NCBI GenBank assembly: GCA_963754945.1
Contig: CAVWIG010000026.1
Span: 1-45,015 of the forward strand
Length of the DNA stretch: 45,015 nt
Source: Methanotrichaceae archaeon
GTDB taxonomy: Archaea; Halobacteriota; Methanosarcinia; Methanotrichales; Methanotrichaceae
Reading direction: 5' to 3'
Positions 30,332 to 41,152 of the stretch are shown here, in pieces (the stretch's first letter is position 1; each line of letters begins with the position of its first letter). The position numbers and the translations under genes were made by a program. The notes below the pieces were generated by a model. The model did no database searches. It saw nothing but the letters and a program-made list of their open reading frames with translations, and was not told the DNA's origin.

Positions 30332-30700
30332 ACCCTAGCTTCAACCAGCTTCTGGAAGATAAAGGTTTGCCAGGAGATATCTATCAATTCATTATCGATC
30401 TGACACTTCCTTCTGTGAGTTTGACTTGACATTTTTGGGGCGATCAGTATGGGAATAAAGCTATCGCTATTGGCTACTATTGGCCAGACGAGGATAAATG
30501 GATAGAATACAGAACGAGGAAAGTGAATTGGCCCCTGACGAGTGCGGTTGCCCAAGGGAAAGCTACACAAAGGATTCACAAAATATATCGTGGAATTGAG
30601 AAAGCAATCAGGTGCGATAACTCTTTTCACCAAGATATCTTGCTGCATGTTGGAGTTTCAATGGAGTCCATGTAGATGTCTTTTAGCAGTAAGCTGGTTT

Positions 30701-31060
30701 TCAATTACGTAGGCATCTGAAGCTGTAAGTATCACCCATGTGGTAATGCATCTTTAAAAGCAGTGTGTCGGGAGATTCAAAAATTACGGTGCCAAAGCCG
30801 TTGACATGGTCCATTTCATCTGAGCCCTCAAAAGAGAAAACCAGCCGGAGATTTTCTTCATCTTCTTCAAAGTGGCCATCAATACAGCCATCCTGGGCCC
30901 CAAACTGATAGTTCCCTGTCGCTTCGTTCTTGCTTTTCACCTCTATCAAGAGATGAGGATCAGGCATCAGGTCGAGATAATCATCGACCAGGTCCATAGC
31001 CTCGACGATTTTCCATTTGCCTGCAAAATCATTTTCTTTGATCATTCTGATGCCTCGCAA
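30701..31060 (-). CDS. Conserved hypothetical acidic beta-rich protein
   Basis: FAGKWKIVE...DYLDL...YQFGA...FSFEGSDEMD...HMGD pattern. Confidence 0.7.
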   Translation of the reverse strand: MRGIRMIKENDFAGKWKIVEAMDLVDDYLDLMPDPHLLIEVKSKNEATGNYQFGAQDGCIDGHFEEDEENLRLVFSFEGSDEMDHVNGFGTVIFESPDTLLLKMHYHMGDTYSFRCLRN

Positions 31061-31163
31061 AAATTCAAGTGTCGATATATTCTGTCAGATCTGGTTTCTA
31101 AAGTGGTTGAGAGCATTTTTTTGTGCAGCATAACCACATATTTCATCATTTATGCGTTCTTGC

Positions 31164-31362
31164 CTAAAGAAGTATCTTGCCAGCCAGGGTTATGCACACC
31201 TCTTTTATCTTGCCCTTCTGGGCGAGGTGCAAGGCTTTCTGGTCAGCGAGCCTAGCCACCTGGCGGGATATCGTGCTCTCGGAGAGGCTCAGCCGCTCTG
31301 CGATTTCGGTAATAGTAGTAGGCTGATTCTCATTTACATCTTTAAGAATCCTTTTTTGTTTT
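31164..31362 (-). pseudogene. Winged-HTH C-terminal fragment, Csa3-like, with no start codon
   Basis: Hand translation KQKRILKDVNENQPTTITEIAERLSLSESTISRQVARLADQKALHLAQKGKIKEVCITLAGKILL*; abuts a half CRISPR repeat. Confidence 0.65.
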
Positions 31363-31516
31363 CCCGATAGGGATTGAAACTACGACAAAGGCGATTTCCT
31401 GCGTGACGAGGCCGCAGAATTGCAACGAGCTTGAAAACCCGACAGGGATTGATAAACAGTCGAACAGCTATGCAGTCTACGATTGCATCGAGCTCGAAAC
31501 CCGAAAGGGCTGAGAT
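31363..31516 (+). CRISPR. Degenerate CRISPR array remnant (2.5 repeats, 2 spacers)
   Basis: CCCGATAGGGATTGAAAC (31363-31380), 38-nt spacer, ATTGCAACGAGCTTGAAAACCCGACAGGGATTGATAAAC (31419-31457), 24-nt spacer, ATTGCATCGAGCTCGAAACCCGAAAGGGCTGAGAT (31482-31516). Canonical ATTGAAAC 3' end and a CCC/GGG stem. Confidence 0.8.
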
Positions 31517-31598
31517 ATCCTATTCAATAGGGTCGCATGGTACGACTCCAGTTTACCATTGATCAAGATGAGCTACTTCACACCGCTAGGTTACGCCG

Positions 31599-31958
31599 TT
31601 ATCCGACCATTACTCTAACTGATCTAGTTCTATTCCTTGTGCCATTGACGGCCATCAGGGTATATGTGGTGGTTTCAGAGGGGGATACTCTCATTGCTCC
31701 CTTTAATGCAACGATTCCAACCCCTTGGTCTATCTCTACGATTGTGGCACCGACAACACTCCAACTGAGAATCGTTCCTTCTCCGGGGCTTATTGCAACG
31801 GGTTTGGCATCAAAGTATTCTATAACGGGAAATGGAGACGTGTAAAGGTTGAGGACCATCAAAGCCCCTCCCAGGATGATCAGAATTGCCGTAATTTGCA
31901 GGATAAACCCTCTTGGCGTAGTCCAGAAGGACTTCCTGCTCTCCCAGTAGTTCATCTT
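31599..31958 (-). CDS. Membrane-anchored protein with a PKD/Ig-like domain
   Basis: One TM helix, then PVIEYFDAKPVAISPGEGTILSWSV...TTTYTLMAVN. Confidence 0.75.
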   Translation of the reverse strand, partial: KMNYWESRKSFWTTPRGFILQITAILIILGGALMVLNLYTSPFPVIEYFDAKPVAISPGEGTILSWSVVGATIVEIDQGVGIVALKGAMRVSPSETTTYTLMAVNGTRNRTRSVRVMVG

Positions 31959-32091
31959 TGGCGCACCTAAGCTCGTTTCCGACTTTGACATAGATAAAAC
32001 CTATCATGAGCTAAAGAATCTGTCAAAAAAACAATTGAGTCTTCTATTCCGATAAAGGATAGAAGAATAGCCAGTATGCTAATCGCTTATC

Positions 32092-32787
32092 TTAACGCAG
32101 CTCTTTCTCCATAGTGTCCAGAAAAAGAGCCATCAGCCCGTTCATCTCTGGGAACCTATCTACATGAGATAGAATCTCTTCTGGGCTCTGTATGTATTTT
32201 CCATCTACAAGCTCGTCGCTGCAGTTCTCAATCAGATGGTCAATGCTGTCCATGGACGACTCCAGATGGAACTGAAGACCGACAGCCTTGCCTATCATGA
32301 AGGCCTGGTTGGCGCACGCTTCGCTCTCGGCCGCCCGATGGGCCTGAGGAGGTATCTCGAAGGTGTCTCCATGCCAATGGAAAGCCATGAAGGTGTTGGG
32401 CAGGATGTTGAAGATCCTGGAATTTTGGCCTTCCGGAGTCAGCTTAACATGATGCCAGCCAATCTCCTTGTACAAATTCCTCCGGACCCTGCCGCCCAGG
32501 ACGTCGGCTATGAGCTGACCGCCCAAACAGATACCAAGGACGATCTTGTCGCTGGCGATAGCGTCTCGAATGAACCTCTTCTCTCCGGCCAGCCAGGGAT
32601 ACTTGTCCTCCTCATATATGTTCATGGGTCCGCCCATGATCACAAGCCAGTCGAACTCATCCATTCCAGGAAGCTTCTGGCCGTCGAAGAGAAGGGTTCT
32701 GGAGACTTGGTGGCAGCGATCTTCGGCCCAGTCCTCGATTCCGGCCAGATCCTCAAAGGGCACATGCTGGAGATAATGCAATCTCAT
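32092..32787 (-). CDS. Type 1 glutamine amidotransferase (GMP synthase-like)
   Basis: LQHVPFE, MGGPM, LGICLGGQL, WHGD and GLQFHLE. Confidence 0.93.
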   Translation of the reverse strand: MRLHYLQHVPFEDLAGIEDWAEDRCHQVSRTLLFDGQKLPGMDEFDWLVIMGGPMNIYEEDKYPWLAGEKRFIRDAIASDKIVLGICLGGQLIADVLGGRVRRNLYKEIGWHHVKLTPEGQNSRIFNILPNTFMAFHWHGDTFEIPPQAHRAAESEACANQAFMIGKAVGLQFHLESSMDSIDHLIENCSDELVDGKYIQSPEEILSHVDRFPEMNGLMALFLDTMEKELR

Positions 32788-32843
32788 ACTCTTATACTTC
32801 CAAATCAAGAAATTATTTGGCTAAATTGTATAACAAAAATAGT

Positions 32844-33755
32844 TTAAGCAGCCTGCTCCTTGGTCCTGCTCTGGAACTCCTGCTGCACATCGCAACCGAG
32901 GCGGCCGATGGCATCTGAGCGGCACTGCCTGCAGTGCTTCATCTGCTTGATGATCTTACCCAGCTCCTCCTGGATCGCCCTCTTCTCCTCCGGCGATGGA
33001 GGCGTGATGTTAGCGAACTTGTACTGGGGAATCAGGGGCATGACGTTGTGGATGAACACTCCCATGTCCTTGATCTTGCGAGCGACATCGAAGACGTGCT
33101 TGTCGTTTATGCCTGGGATAAGGACTGTGTTCACCTTGACGATCTTCTTGAGCTTCAGAGCCTCCTCTATGCCCTTGAGCTGGTGGTCCAATAAAAGCTT
33201 AGCCGCTTCGAGGCCTTCGTATCTCTTCCCGTTGTAGGTTACGTAGTCGTAGATCTCCTTGCCGATCTCTGGGTCCACTGCGTTCATAGTCACGGTTATG
33301 TTGCAGACGCCCAGGCGATCCAGCTCCTGGATCTTGTCGGGCAGAAGCAATCCATTGGTGCTTATGCATAGAATCAAGTGAGGGTACTTTTCTCCGACCA
33401 GGCGTAAGGTTTCAAAGGTCTCCTCATTGGCCAGCGGCTCTCCCGGTCCTGCCACTGCGACCACTTTGATGTAATGGTACTTTGCCATGACCTCATCAAC
33501 CCTTTCCAGGGCCTCCTGAGGCTTAAGAACCTGGCTTGTTACTCCCGGCCTGGACTCGTTGACGCAGTCGAAGCTGCGCACACAGTACTTGCACTGGATG
33601 TTGCACTTTGGGGCAACAGCCAGGTGCATTCTGCCGAAGGCGTGACATGCCTTCTCTGAAAAACAGGGGTGCTGCTGAATCCTTCTCAATTGATCGGCAT
33701 CAAAGGGAACTTCCTTTCCGCCAACGTTTGCAACGGGAAACGCCTCTTCGCTCAT
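32844..33755 (-). CDS. nifB: NifB-family radical SAM protein (short archaeal form)
   Basis: HPC, CNIQCKYC, ESRPG, AGPGEP and CRQCRSDAIG; no NifX domain. Confidence 0.9.
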   Translation of the reverse strand: MSEEAFPVANVGGKEVPFDADQLRRIQQHPCFSEKACHAFGRMHLAVAPKCNIQCKYCVRSFDCVNESRPGVTSQVLKPQEALERVDEVMAKYHYIKVVAVAGPGEPLANEETFETLRLVGEKYPHLILCISTNGLLLPDKIQELDRLGVCNITVTMNAVDPEIGKEIYDYVTYNGKRYEGLEAAKLLLDHQLKGIEEALKLKKIVKVNTVLIPGINDKHVFDVARKIKDMGVFIHNVMPLIPQYKFANITPPSPEEKRAIQEELGKIIKQMKHCRQCRSDAIGRLGCDVQQEFQSRTKEQAA

Positions 33756-33820
33756 AATTATAAACTCCACAGCTTGAATGTATATTGCTCAAGATGCCTA
33801 AAAGTTTTGCGTCTCGGCTA

Positions 33821-34266
33821 GAGGAGTTCTATTACTTGCTCCTCAAGAGGTTGGTCTCAAAGCCCGCGCCATTTTCGTCCTTCAGATGTCCAATTTCCTT
33901 GAATTGCCCTCTTTTTCGGTCATTCTTTAACAGCTTCCGCTAAGTTCAAATGATTCCGACGTTTTTCAACGTATAGAGCTGATATAGGTTGAAGCGAAGG
34001 CGGTGACCATCATTTTTATGTGAACCCTTCGTACTGTAGTAACAACATGCTTCCGGCCCTTTCGCTCTTATTGTCATACATTTCTTCGAGGGTACAAACG
34101 AATTGGTGCCCAATCTATCCTATCCGAGATCTGGGACAGTCGAGAGTTTTCTGCTTCGCATGAAACCTTCGCAGCATCCAAGTAGTAAAGAATCCATATT
34201 AAGAATAGTATAATCTGTATATAAATTTTCTATACCAAAACTTTTGGGTAGGTTATAGGAGTCCTC
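33821..34266 (-). mobile_element. Internally deleted IS5-family element (446 bp)
   Basis: Imperfect TIRs GAGGAGTTCTATTAC (33821-33835) and GTTATAGGAGTCCTC (34252-34266), 12/15 match. Interior joins a transposase N-terminus (LSQISDRIDWAPIR..EEMYDNKSER) to a C-terminus (VVTTVRRVHI..NLYQLYTLKNVGII*). Confidence 0.8.
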
Positions 34267-34281
34267 AATGCTGGAAAAATT

Positions 34282-35213
34282 TCATCTCAGCTTTCCAGGA
34301 TTATCGTAATGATGTTCTCCAGGGTGGACTTTTTCAATAATTTCGGTGTAGAATACATCCTCCTTCTCTAGATCCCGGGTTAAGTATCCCATGTCCTTAA
34401 GCGTTTTCTTAAACGCCATAGAAGAATTTATGTATTCAATGGGAAGACTGGCGCAGTACTTGGGAGAGACCCTGAACACTTCCAAGGCAAAATCCTCATC
34501 GATGAGATTAAAGGCCCGATGAACAAGTTTTGCCGCCTCTTCAGGCCTTTCTCTCAAAAGATTGCAAGCAACCTCATGTAGCTCCAGAAAACTTTCAAGC
34601 ATAGACTGCGAATCTCGAATCATGCTCTCCGTCGCCGCTATGCCGTAGCTCGGGTTAAACGGCCACATGGCAGCCGGTGAAATTAGGATCTTCGCATTCA
34701 TTTGATGCATGGCCAGGACTGCCAGTGGAGGCGTGCCGCAGCCTCCATCGATCTCGCCGTCTATTATAGCATCCAGGATAAAATCCGCCCAGTCATAGTT
34801 CTTGACTGTAATATCATCGGCGAGACCTGAATCTTTTATGAGCTTTCTGAGAATCACATCGTGGATCGTGCCCGACTTCGGAGTGCCAATGGACTTGCCT
34901 TTGAACTGAAGAAGAGCTTCCCTTGGAGTTCTCGATGCCCGATAGTCTTGTCCGCCAACCAGTACAGTCCCCTCCACATGTCCACCTGCCACGCATTTGA
35001 TTTTTAGGCCCCGGCCAATTCCGATCATTACTGGAGGCAGGCCGATGTATCCCATATCGAACTCTTTCCTTTGGAAGGCTTCCATCATCGCCGGGCCGTT
35101 GGGAAATACTTCCAGGAAGCTTTAATTCCCTGTGCCTCAAGTATAGATCCGATAAGGATGAAGCTGGTATGGTACAACGTTGTCAGGTAGCCGATTCTAA
35201 TATCCACAGTCAT
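34282..35213 (-). CDS. ABC transporter substrate-binding protein (SsuA/TauA/NMT1 type), -1 indel near 35101
   Basis: MTVDIRIGYLTTLYHTS from ATG 35213 joins GPAMMEAF...DMGYIGLPP...GTPKSGTIHDV when one base is restored. Confidence 0.85.
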
Positions 35214-35349
35214 TTAATTTGCTTTAGGCTATGCTCATTTATAAGACGAACGGAAGCCTGAGATTTAAGAGTAACGCACAAAAGTTATTTCTAGGTATCT
35301 CAAGCATAATACATACGTATCTCGCTAAGAGTCTTAAGAAGGTAATAAT

Positions 35350-35679
35350 ATGCAGGGCGACACCTCCGGCAATAGTTCAGTAAAGAAGTACTTCGTTCTC
35401 AAGCTCATTCCGCCTAGGCCAACCTTTCCAGGGGATATGACGGAAAGAGAGAGGGATATCATGAAACAGCATGCAGCTTACTGGAAAGATAAGGCCGACC
35501 AGGGAATCGCCCTCGTCTACGGGCCGGTGCTCGATCCCAAAGGTGTGTACGGGCTGGGGATCATCGAAGTCGATAACGAAGATCAAGCACGTACTTTCGC
35601 GACAGAAGATCCGTCGTTCAAATTCGGGCTCAATAGGATAGAAATCTATCCGATGCGAGCAATCTTGGGCAAGCGGTAG
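35350..35679 (+). CDS. YciI-family protein
   Basis: PPRPTF...IMKQHAAYW...YGPVLDPKG...EDP. Confidence 0.85.
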   Translation: MQGDTSGNSSVKKYFVLKLIPPRPTFPGDMTERERDIMKQHAAYWKDKADQGIALVYGPVLDPKGVYGLGIIEVDNEDQARTFATEDPSFKFGLNRIEIYPMRAILGKR

Positions 35680-35738
35680 TCTTGGTCGCGTATCCGTTCC
35701 ATTGAAGACTGTGATTAGAAGCCGGATTGCAGACCTTA

Positions 35739-37023
35739 GAGGGTTTCGATTTAGTGTTGGTTAATGAAGCCTTAAATTCTTGCGTTAATATTTTCAATCT
35801 TTATAGTGGTTTTTTAGCATATTTCACCCCTAAATTGGCTTATTAGATTTCAATTTACCTTGTTGTTTCTAATTTTTGCGCTTTTTTAGAGAGCTTCCGC
35901 TAGGCTGTTTGTTTATGCACTAAATATTTCAACTGTTCCAGGTTGTAAACGACCGAATTCATCATGAATTTTACTCCAGCTCTTGCGACAGTTGTTACAT
36001 AAACATGTGCTCCCTTATGCCCCCGCTTCATAACAGCGAAGCATCTTTCGATGTGCGATCGCGTTTTACTGATTCTCTTATTCCTCAGAAGATCTATGAT
36101 TCCAAGCTTGTGACCTCTTGTAGCTTTTTTCATGGCTGCATCATATCCTCGAGTTTTTGCACCATCATATCCCTTATCGGCGTAACGTGGTAGCCCTTCA
36201 ATTCCAAGATCTACCTGACTATCGTGTACAGAAGCAGTTGTAGTCTCAAAATATCTGATAAGGTGGTAATTGGTATCGATTGAGATATGACCTTTATATC
36301 CGAAAAAGGATTTGACACCCTTTTTTGCCCAACTTCCCTCATTTATTGGCTCTTCTTCGAGTCTCTGTGGTTTGGCCTTGTCATCAATAATATTATTTGA
36401 AATACCAATTAGCTCTTTATCAAACTCCTGATTCAGGCTCGTACTGGTGGCTTCGGAATCTTGACCTTCCTTTTTGTCCCCGCCTTGCTCGTCTTTCTTG
36501 TTCCTCTTCCGACCTGGGTCCGAAGTTATGAAGGTTGCATCCTGGATAGTGCCATTCTTTACAGTAAACCCCATCTCATCGAGCTGCCTTTGAAGCTCAT
36601 TCCAAAGATCATCGTATACGTCGCACTTAATCAAACGTTCACGGAATAGCCAAACTGTGCTGAAATCAGGAATTACTTCAGTGGTGCCAAGGAAAATACG
36701 AAAAGAGATCCTATCCGCAACCTGTCGCTCCAGTTCTGGATCTGTTAGACCAAACCAATGCTGAATTACGAGAGCTTTCACCATAATCACGATGTCAATG
36801 TTCGGACGACCTCCGCGGCTAGTTTTATTTTTGTATATCAATGGTTCCAAAAATCTGAAACGCTCCCAATTGATCAACGATCCGATCTCGGATAGATCAT
36901 CTCCGAGGGCTTTTACTCGAGCATATTCTGCTCGAATGGCAAAATCAATGAGAGTCCTCATGCATTATATTATAGTATTAATAGTATATAAGTATTTCGA
37001 TTGATTAGTTTTTCGAAACTCTC
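35739..37023 (-). mobile_element. IS5-family insertion sequence, complete
   Basis: Imperfect TIRs GAGGGTTTCGA (from 35739) and TCGAAACTCTC (ending 37023) enclose a transposase; no clear TSD. Confidence 0.92.
35900..36961 (-). CDS. IS5-family DDE transposase
   Basis: GGRP, DRISFRIFLG, PDFSTVWLFRE, QDATF, FGYKGH, VHDS, YADKGY and RSHIERCFA. Confidence 0.95.
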   Translation of the reverse strand: MRTLIDFAIRAEYARVKALGDDLSEIGSLINWERFRFLEPLIYKNKTSRGGRPNIDIVIMVKALVIQHWFGLTDPELERQVADRISFRIFLGTTEVIPDFSTVWLFRERLIKCDVYDDLWNELQRQLDEMGFTVKNGTIQDATFITSDPGRKRNKKDEQGGDKKEGQDSEATSTSLNQEFDKELIGISNNIIDDKAKPQRLEEEPINEGSWAKKGVKSFFGYKGHISIDTNYHLIRYFETTTASVHDSQVDLGIEGLPRYADKGYDGAKTRGYDAAMKKATRGHKLGIIDLLRNKRISKTRSHIERCFAVMKRGHKGAHVYVTTVARAGVKFMMNSVVYNLEQLKYLVHKQTA

Positions 37024-37589
37024 ATATACCTTTCGAACATAAAAAAAAGGGTATAAGATCTCAACAATAAACTAAAGAGAATCTTACTTACATTACGGAC
37101 ATTAATACTCTTAATAATACTGTCCAAAGAAGTTAACTTAGTAAAAAAGATTCAGCGAGCAACTAAAGTCATAACCCCTCGACGTCTAATCGATTCTAAA
37201 GGAGTTGACATCGCCAATCTGGCGGGACCGAAGCGGTAAGACTTATCAATAATGATCTAGAACCTCAGGCGCTTCGGGCCTGGTCAAGCTGGTCAGAGAG
37301 ACTGTCAACTTCTGAAGGGGATCAAATGATCGCAGCTTCAAAACTCTAATAACAAAGAAACAAACCTCGTTCAGATATCACGAGACTATAACCTGGAGAT
37401 ACATGGTCTCGATTATGGATAACATTATAAAAGAAAACACTACACCTTCTCGATATCAGAAGCAGTAATCCTCTGAATGCAGACCGAGACGACCTGAGGG
37501 CTCAACATATGGACTTAGATTTCTGCATGTGTTCTGTTAGACCAATACAACGATATGTGTTTCAGGCAAGTGCTAGGAATGTCCAACCA

Positions 37590-37835
37590 TCCTGGTTGCT
37601 AAATTGATCCTCAAAATGCAGTGGCCTGTAACAACAAAGGCATCGATCTAGGCATGCTAGGCAAATACGACGAGGCCCTCAAGGCATTCGACAGGCGACG
37701 ATCAATTCATCATATGCAGAAGCTTGGTACAACAGGGCGCTGCCCATGACCTCCTGGGCGACTAAAATTCAGCTATCCAAGATTACACAGAGCCATTGAT
37801 ATCAACCCATCATATCAAAAAGTCTTGATCAGTTA
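37590..37835 (+). pseudogene. TPR-repeat protein remnant
   Basis: IDPQNAVACNNKGIDLGMLGKYDEALKAFDR, YAEAWYNR and AIDINPSYQK in shifted frames, with stops. Confidence 0.75.
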
Positions 37836-37946
37836 AAATAAAATAACGATATCGATATCGTCACTGACGATTGGCCCTACTGAATTCAGTTCTAATAAGG
37901 TAACCACATGCTCTGGTGCGTTTGTGACATATTTTTTGACCAGTTG

Positions 37947-38648
37947 CTACTCGGCCTTTCCTGATAAGAGTCTGTGAATCTTCAACATTCCCACAACCTC
38001 TTCCCTAGACAAGTCGTACCAATTCCTGTAGGCTTCGGCCACTGCAAAATAGCTACCCGTCCGGATATTAGGGCAGACGATCATCTCCACCTCCTCGGCC
38101 ACCAGCTCAATTGTGTGCAGGGAAGCTGTAGGCACGGCAACAACGATTTTTTCTGGTTCGTGCCTCCTGACCAGCCGAGCCGCGATCGTCATTGTGTAAC
38201 CCGACGCCAGGCCATCGTCCGCAAGGATTACAACTTTCCCCTTAAGATCGGGCCAGGGCCGGTCCTCCCTGAAGATGTGGTTCCTGGCCTTCAGCTCCTC
38301 CCTTACCGGCTCTGCCAGCTCCTCGATCTCCTTTTTAGTCAGGCCCAGCATCCTGACCATGGAATCGTTCAAGACCATGTCCCCCTCCAGACTAATCGCC
38401 CCGAAGCCTGCCTCGGTATTACCGGGCACGGGAATCTTTCTTATGATGATGAGGTCTAAGGGCAGTCCGAGACGCGAGGAGATTGCCAGACCGATGGGAA
38501 CGCCTCCCGATGGAATAGCAAGGACAATGGCGTTCTGCCAGTGGAATCCTTCCAAAGACTTGGCGAGGTACTTTCCCGCCTCATCTCTATCCTCAAAAAC
38601 GCCGGTTCTGTTCCGTAGCCTCTGGTCCTCGATTATACTAGCCGACAT
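37947..38648 (-). CDS. Phosphoribosyltransferase (COG1926 type)
   Basis: FEDRDEAG, LAIPSGGVP, RKIPVPGNTEAGFGA and VILADDGLASG. Confidence 0.92.
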   Translation of the reverse strand: MSASIIEDQRLRNRTGVFEDRDEAGKYLAKSLEGFHWQNAIVLAIPSGGVPIGLAISSRLGLPLDLIIIRKIPVPGNTEAGFGAISLEGDMVLNDSMVRMLGLTKKEIEELAEPVREELKARNHIFREDRPWPDLKGKVVILADDGLASGYTMTIAARLVRRHEPEKIVVAVPTASLHTIELVAEEVEMIVCPNIRTGSYFAVAEAYRNWYDLSREEVVGMLKIHRLLSGKAE

Positions 38649-38796
38649 GGTAAAGATCAATAGACTATTAGGCTTTCAATGAATTTATAGTAGATGTACG
38701 GTTTGATGCTGACAGGTATCCGTGATTTGATCCTCAATAATTGTGCCAAACCACATAAGTTTTAAGGAATGGGTGCGTATTCAGGTACAGAGTCCT

Positions 38797-41152
38797 ATGC
38801 CCATCGGCGTCTACGTCTGTCACTGCGGCCTGAACATCGCCGGCGTCCTGAACATGGATGAGCTGAAATCTTTTTCTGAGAAACTGCCGGACGTTGTCAT
38901 AGCCAGGGACCTTCCGTTCTCCTGTTCAGACGTCGGCCAGGAGCAGATCCAGAAGGACATCGCTGAGCTGAAGGTGGATCGCGTCGTGGTGGCCGCATGC
39001 TCCCCAAGGCTTCATGAACCTACTTTCAGGAGGGCCATAACCAAGGCCGGGTTGAACCCCTACATGCTGGAGATGGCCAACATCCGAGAGCAGTGCTCCT
39101 GGGTGCACATGGACCAGCCTGCAATGGCGACCCAAAAGGCCAAAGACCTGATCCGCATGGCTGTGGCCAAAGCTGCTCTGCTCCAGCCCCTGGAGAGCGC
39201 GACAATTCCTGTCAGCAGGGAAGTCTTGGTCGTCGGCGGAGGCGTTGCAGGAATTCAGGCTGCCCTTGACCTGGCCGACTCGGGGCTTCACGTCTATTTG
39301 GTGGAAAGACGGCCCACCATCGGCGGCTACATGGCCCTTCTCACGGACGTCTTCCCCACAAACGATTGCTCCATCTGCGTTCTAGCGCCAAAGATGTCCG
39401 ATGTCTACAACCACCCGCTGATCACCCTGATGACCTACTCCGAAATACTGGGCGTTGAGGGTAGCGTGGGGAACTTCAGGGTCTCTGGGGTGAAAAAGGC
39501 AAGGTTCGTTGACTTGAAGAAGTGCAAGGGCTGCATCAACGAGTGTGCTGGCGTCTGTCCTGTTGAGGTCCCTAGCGAGTACGACTTCGGGATAGGGAAG
39601 AGAAAGGCCATCTACGTGCCATTCCCACAGGCGGTGCCCCAGGTGGCCTGCGTGGACCCCCAGGCCTGCATTGGTTGTGCTCGCTGCATTGAAGCCTGCC
39701 CCGCCGATGCTGTCAACTTCGAGGAGAAGCAAGAGGAGTTCAAACTGACTGTAGGGGCAATAATCGTGGCCACGGGTTGGCAGCCCTTCGATGCAACGAG
39801 AAAAGAGGAGTACGGCTTCGGCAGGCACAGGGATGTCATAACCACCCTGCAGCTCGAGAGGATGCTCAACGCCTCAGGACCGACCAGAGGGGAGGTGGTC
39901 CGACCCTCCACAGGAGAAATCGCCAAGTCCATAGCTTTCCTGCAGTGCGTGGGCTCCAGGGACGCCACAGTGGGCAACATATACTGCTCCCGGATCTGCT
40001 GTATGGCCTCGCTAAAGAACGCTCAGCTTGTCAAGGAGAAATACCCGGAAACAAAGATAACCATTCACTACATCGATGTCAGGGCCGGCGGCGAAGGTTA
40101 TGAGGAGTTCTATCTGCGTGCCCAAAATCTGGGGATAAACTTCGTCCGGGCAAGAGTGTCCGAGATAGATGAGGAAGACGGGAGTCTTTACCTTAACTTC
40201 GAGGACACGTTATCGAGCAGCTTCAGAAGGGTCAGGTACGATCTCGCGGTCTTATCTATTGGCCTAGAGCCAGACAAGAACGCCGAAGTCCTGGGCAACC
40301 TGCTTGGCCTCTCCAGAAGGACTGACGGGTTCTTCGAGATCGCCCACCCAAAGATGAGGCCTGTCGAGGCACACATAGATGGCGTCTTCATAGCTGGCTG
40401 CGCCTCGGGACCAAAGGAGATCCAGACATCCATTGCGCAGGGCGGCGCAGCAGCGGCCAAGGCCATGAGGCTGCTGCAAAGGGCGAGCTTGAGCTTGAGC
40501 CGACCTCGGCTTACGTCGACAGAGACCTGTGCACGCAGTGCAAGCTCTGTGAGGACGTCTGCCCCAAGAGGGCGATCTCTGTCAAGAGCCCCGCACTGGT
40601 GGACGAAGCTGCCTGCAAAGGGTGCGGCTCGTGCGCTGCAGCCTGTCCCGTCGACGCGATCCAGATGCGCCTCTTCTCGGATAAGCAGATTCTGGCTCAG
40701 GTCAGGGCGGCTACGGAGGAGAAGAGCGAGTTTCCCCTCATCGTGGCGTTCCTGTGCAACTGGTGCAGCTACGGGGCAGCCGATCTGGCGGGAACATCAC
40801 GAATCCAGTACCCGACGAACGCTCGGAACATCAGGGTCATGTGCGCGGGCCGGGTGGACCCAAGCTTCATCATCGAGGCCCTCCAGCGGGGAGCGGACGG
40901 TGTTCTGGTGGCAGGCTGCCGCCTGGGTGAGTGCCATTATGTCAAGGGCAACTACCAGGCGTTGCAGAGGGTGGAGGTGCTCAAGGGCGTCCTTGAAAAG
41001 ATCGGCATCAACCCCGGAAGGGTTAAGATCGTCTGGTGCGCTGCGAGCGAGGGCGACATCTTTGCAAAGGACATCAAGCAGTTCGTTGATGAGCTGAAAG
41101 AGATGGGGCCCTATAGGAACAGAGCTCAAGGAGGCGTATGCCCGAAGCATGA
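38797..41152 (+). CDS. hdrA: Heterodisulfide reductase subunit A fused to MvhD; indels at about 40478-40483 and 41109-41112; 3' end uncertain
   Basis: GVYVCHCG, ACSPRLHE, NIREQCSWVH, GGGVAG, FPTNDCSIC, CSRICCM and GPKEI. After the frameshift come two ferredoxin motifs and MvhD (FLCNWCSYGAAD, VMCAGRVD, GCRLGECHY). Confidence 0.93.

Noticed and set aside
32844-33755. nifB as evidence of nitrogen fixation
   Set aside because: No nifHDK or nifEN in the window; stand-alone short NifB is common in methanogens.
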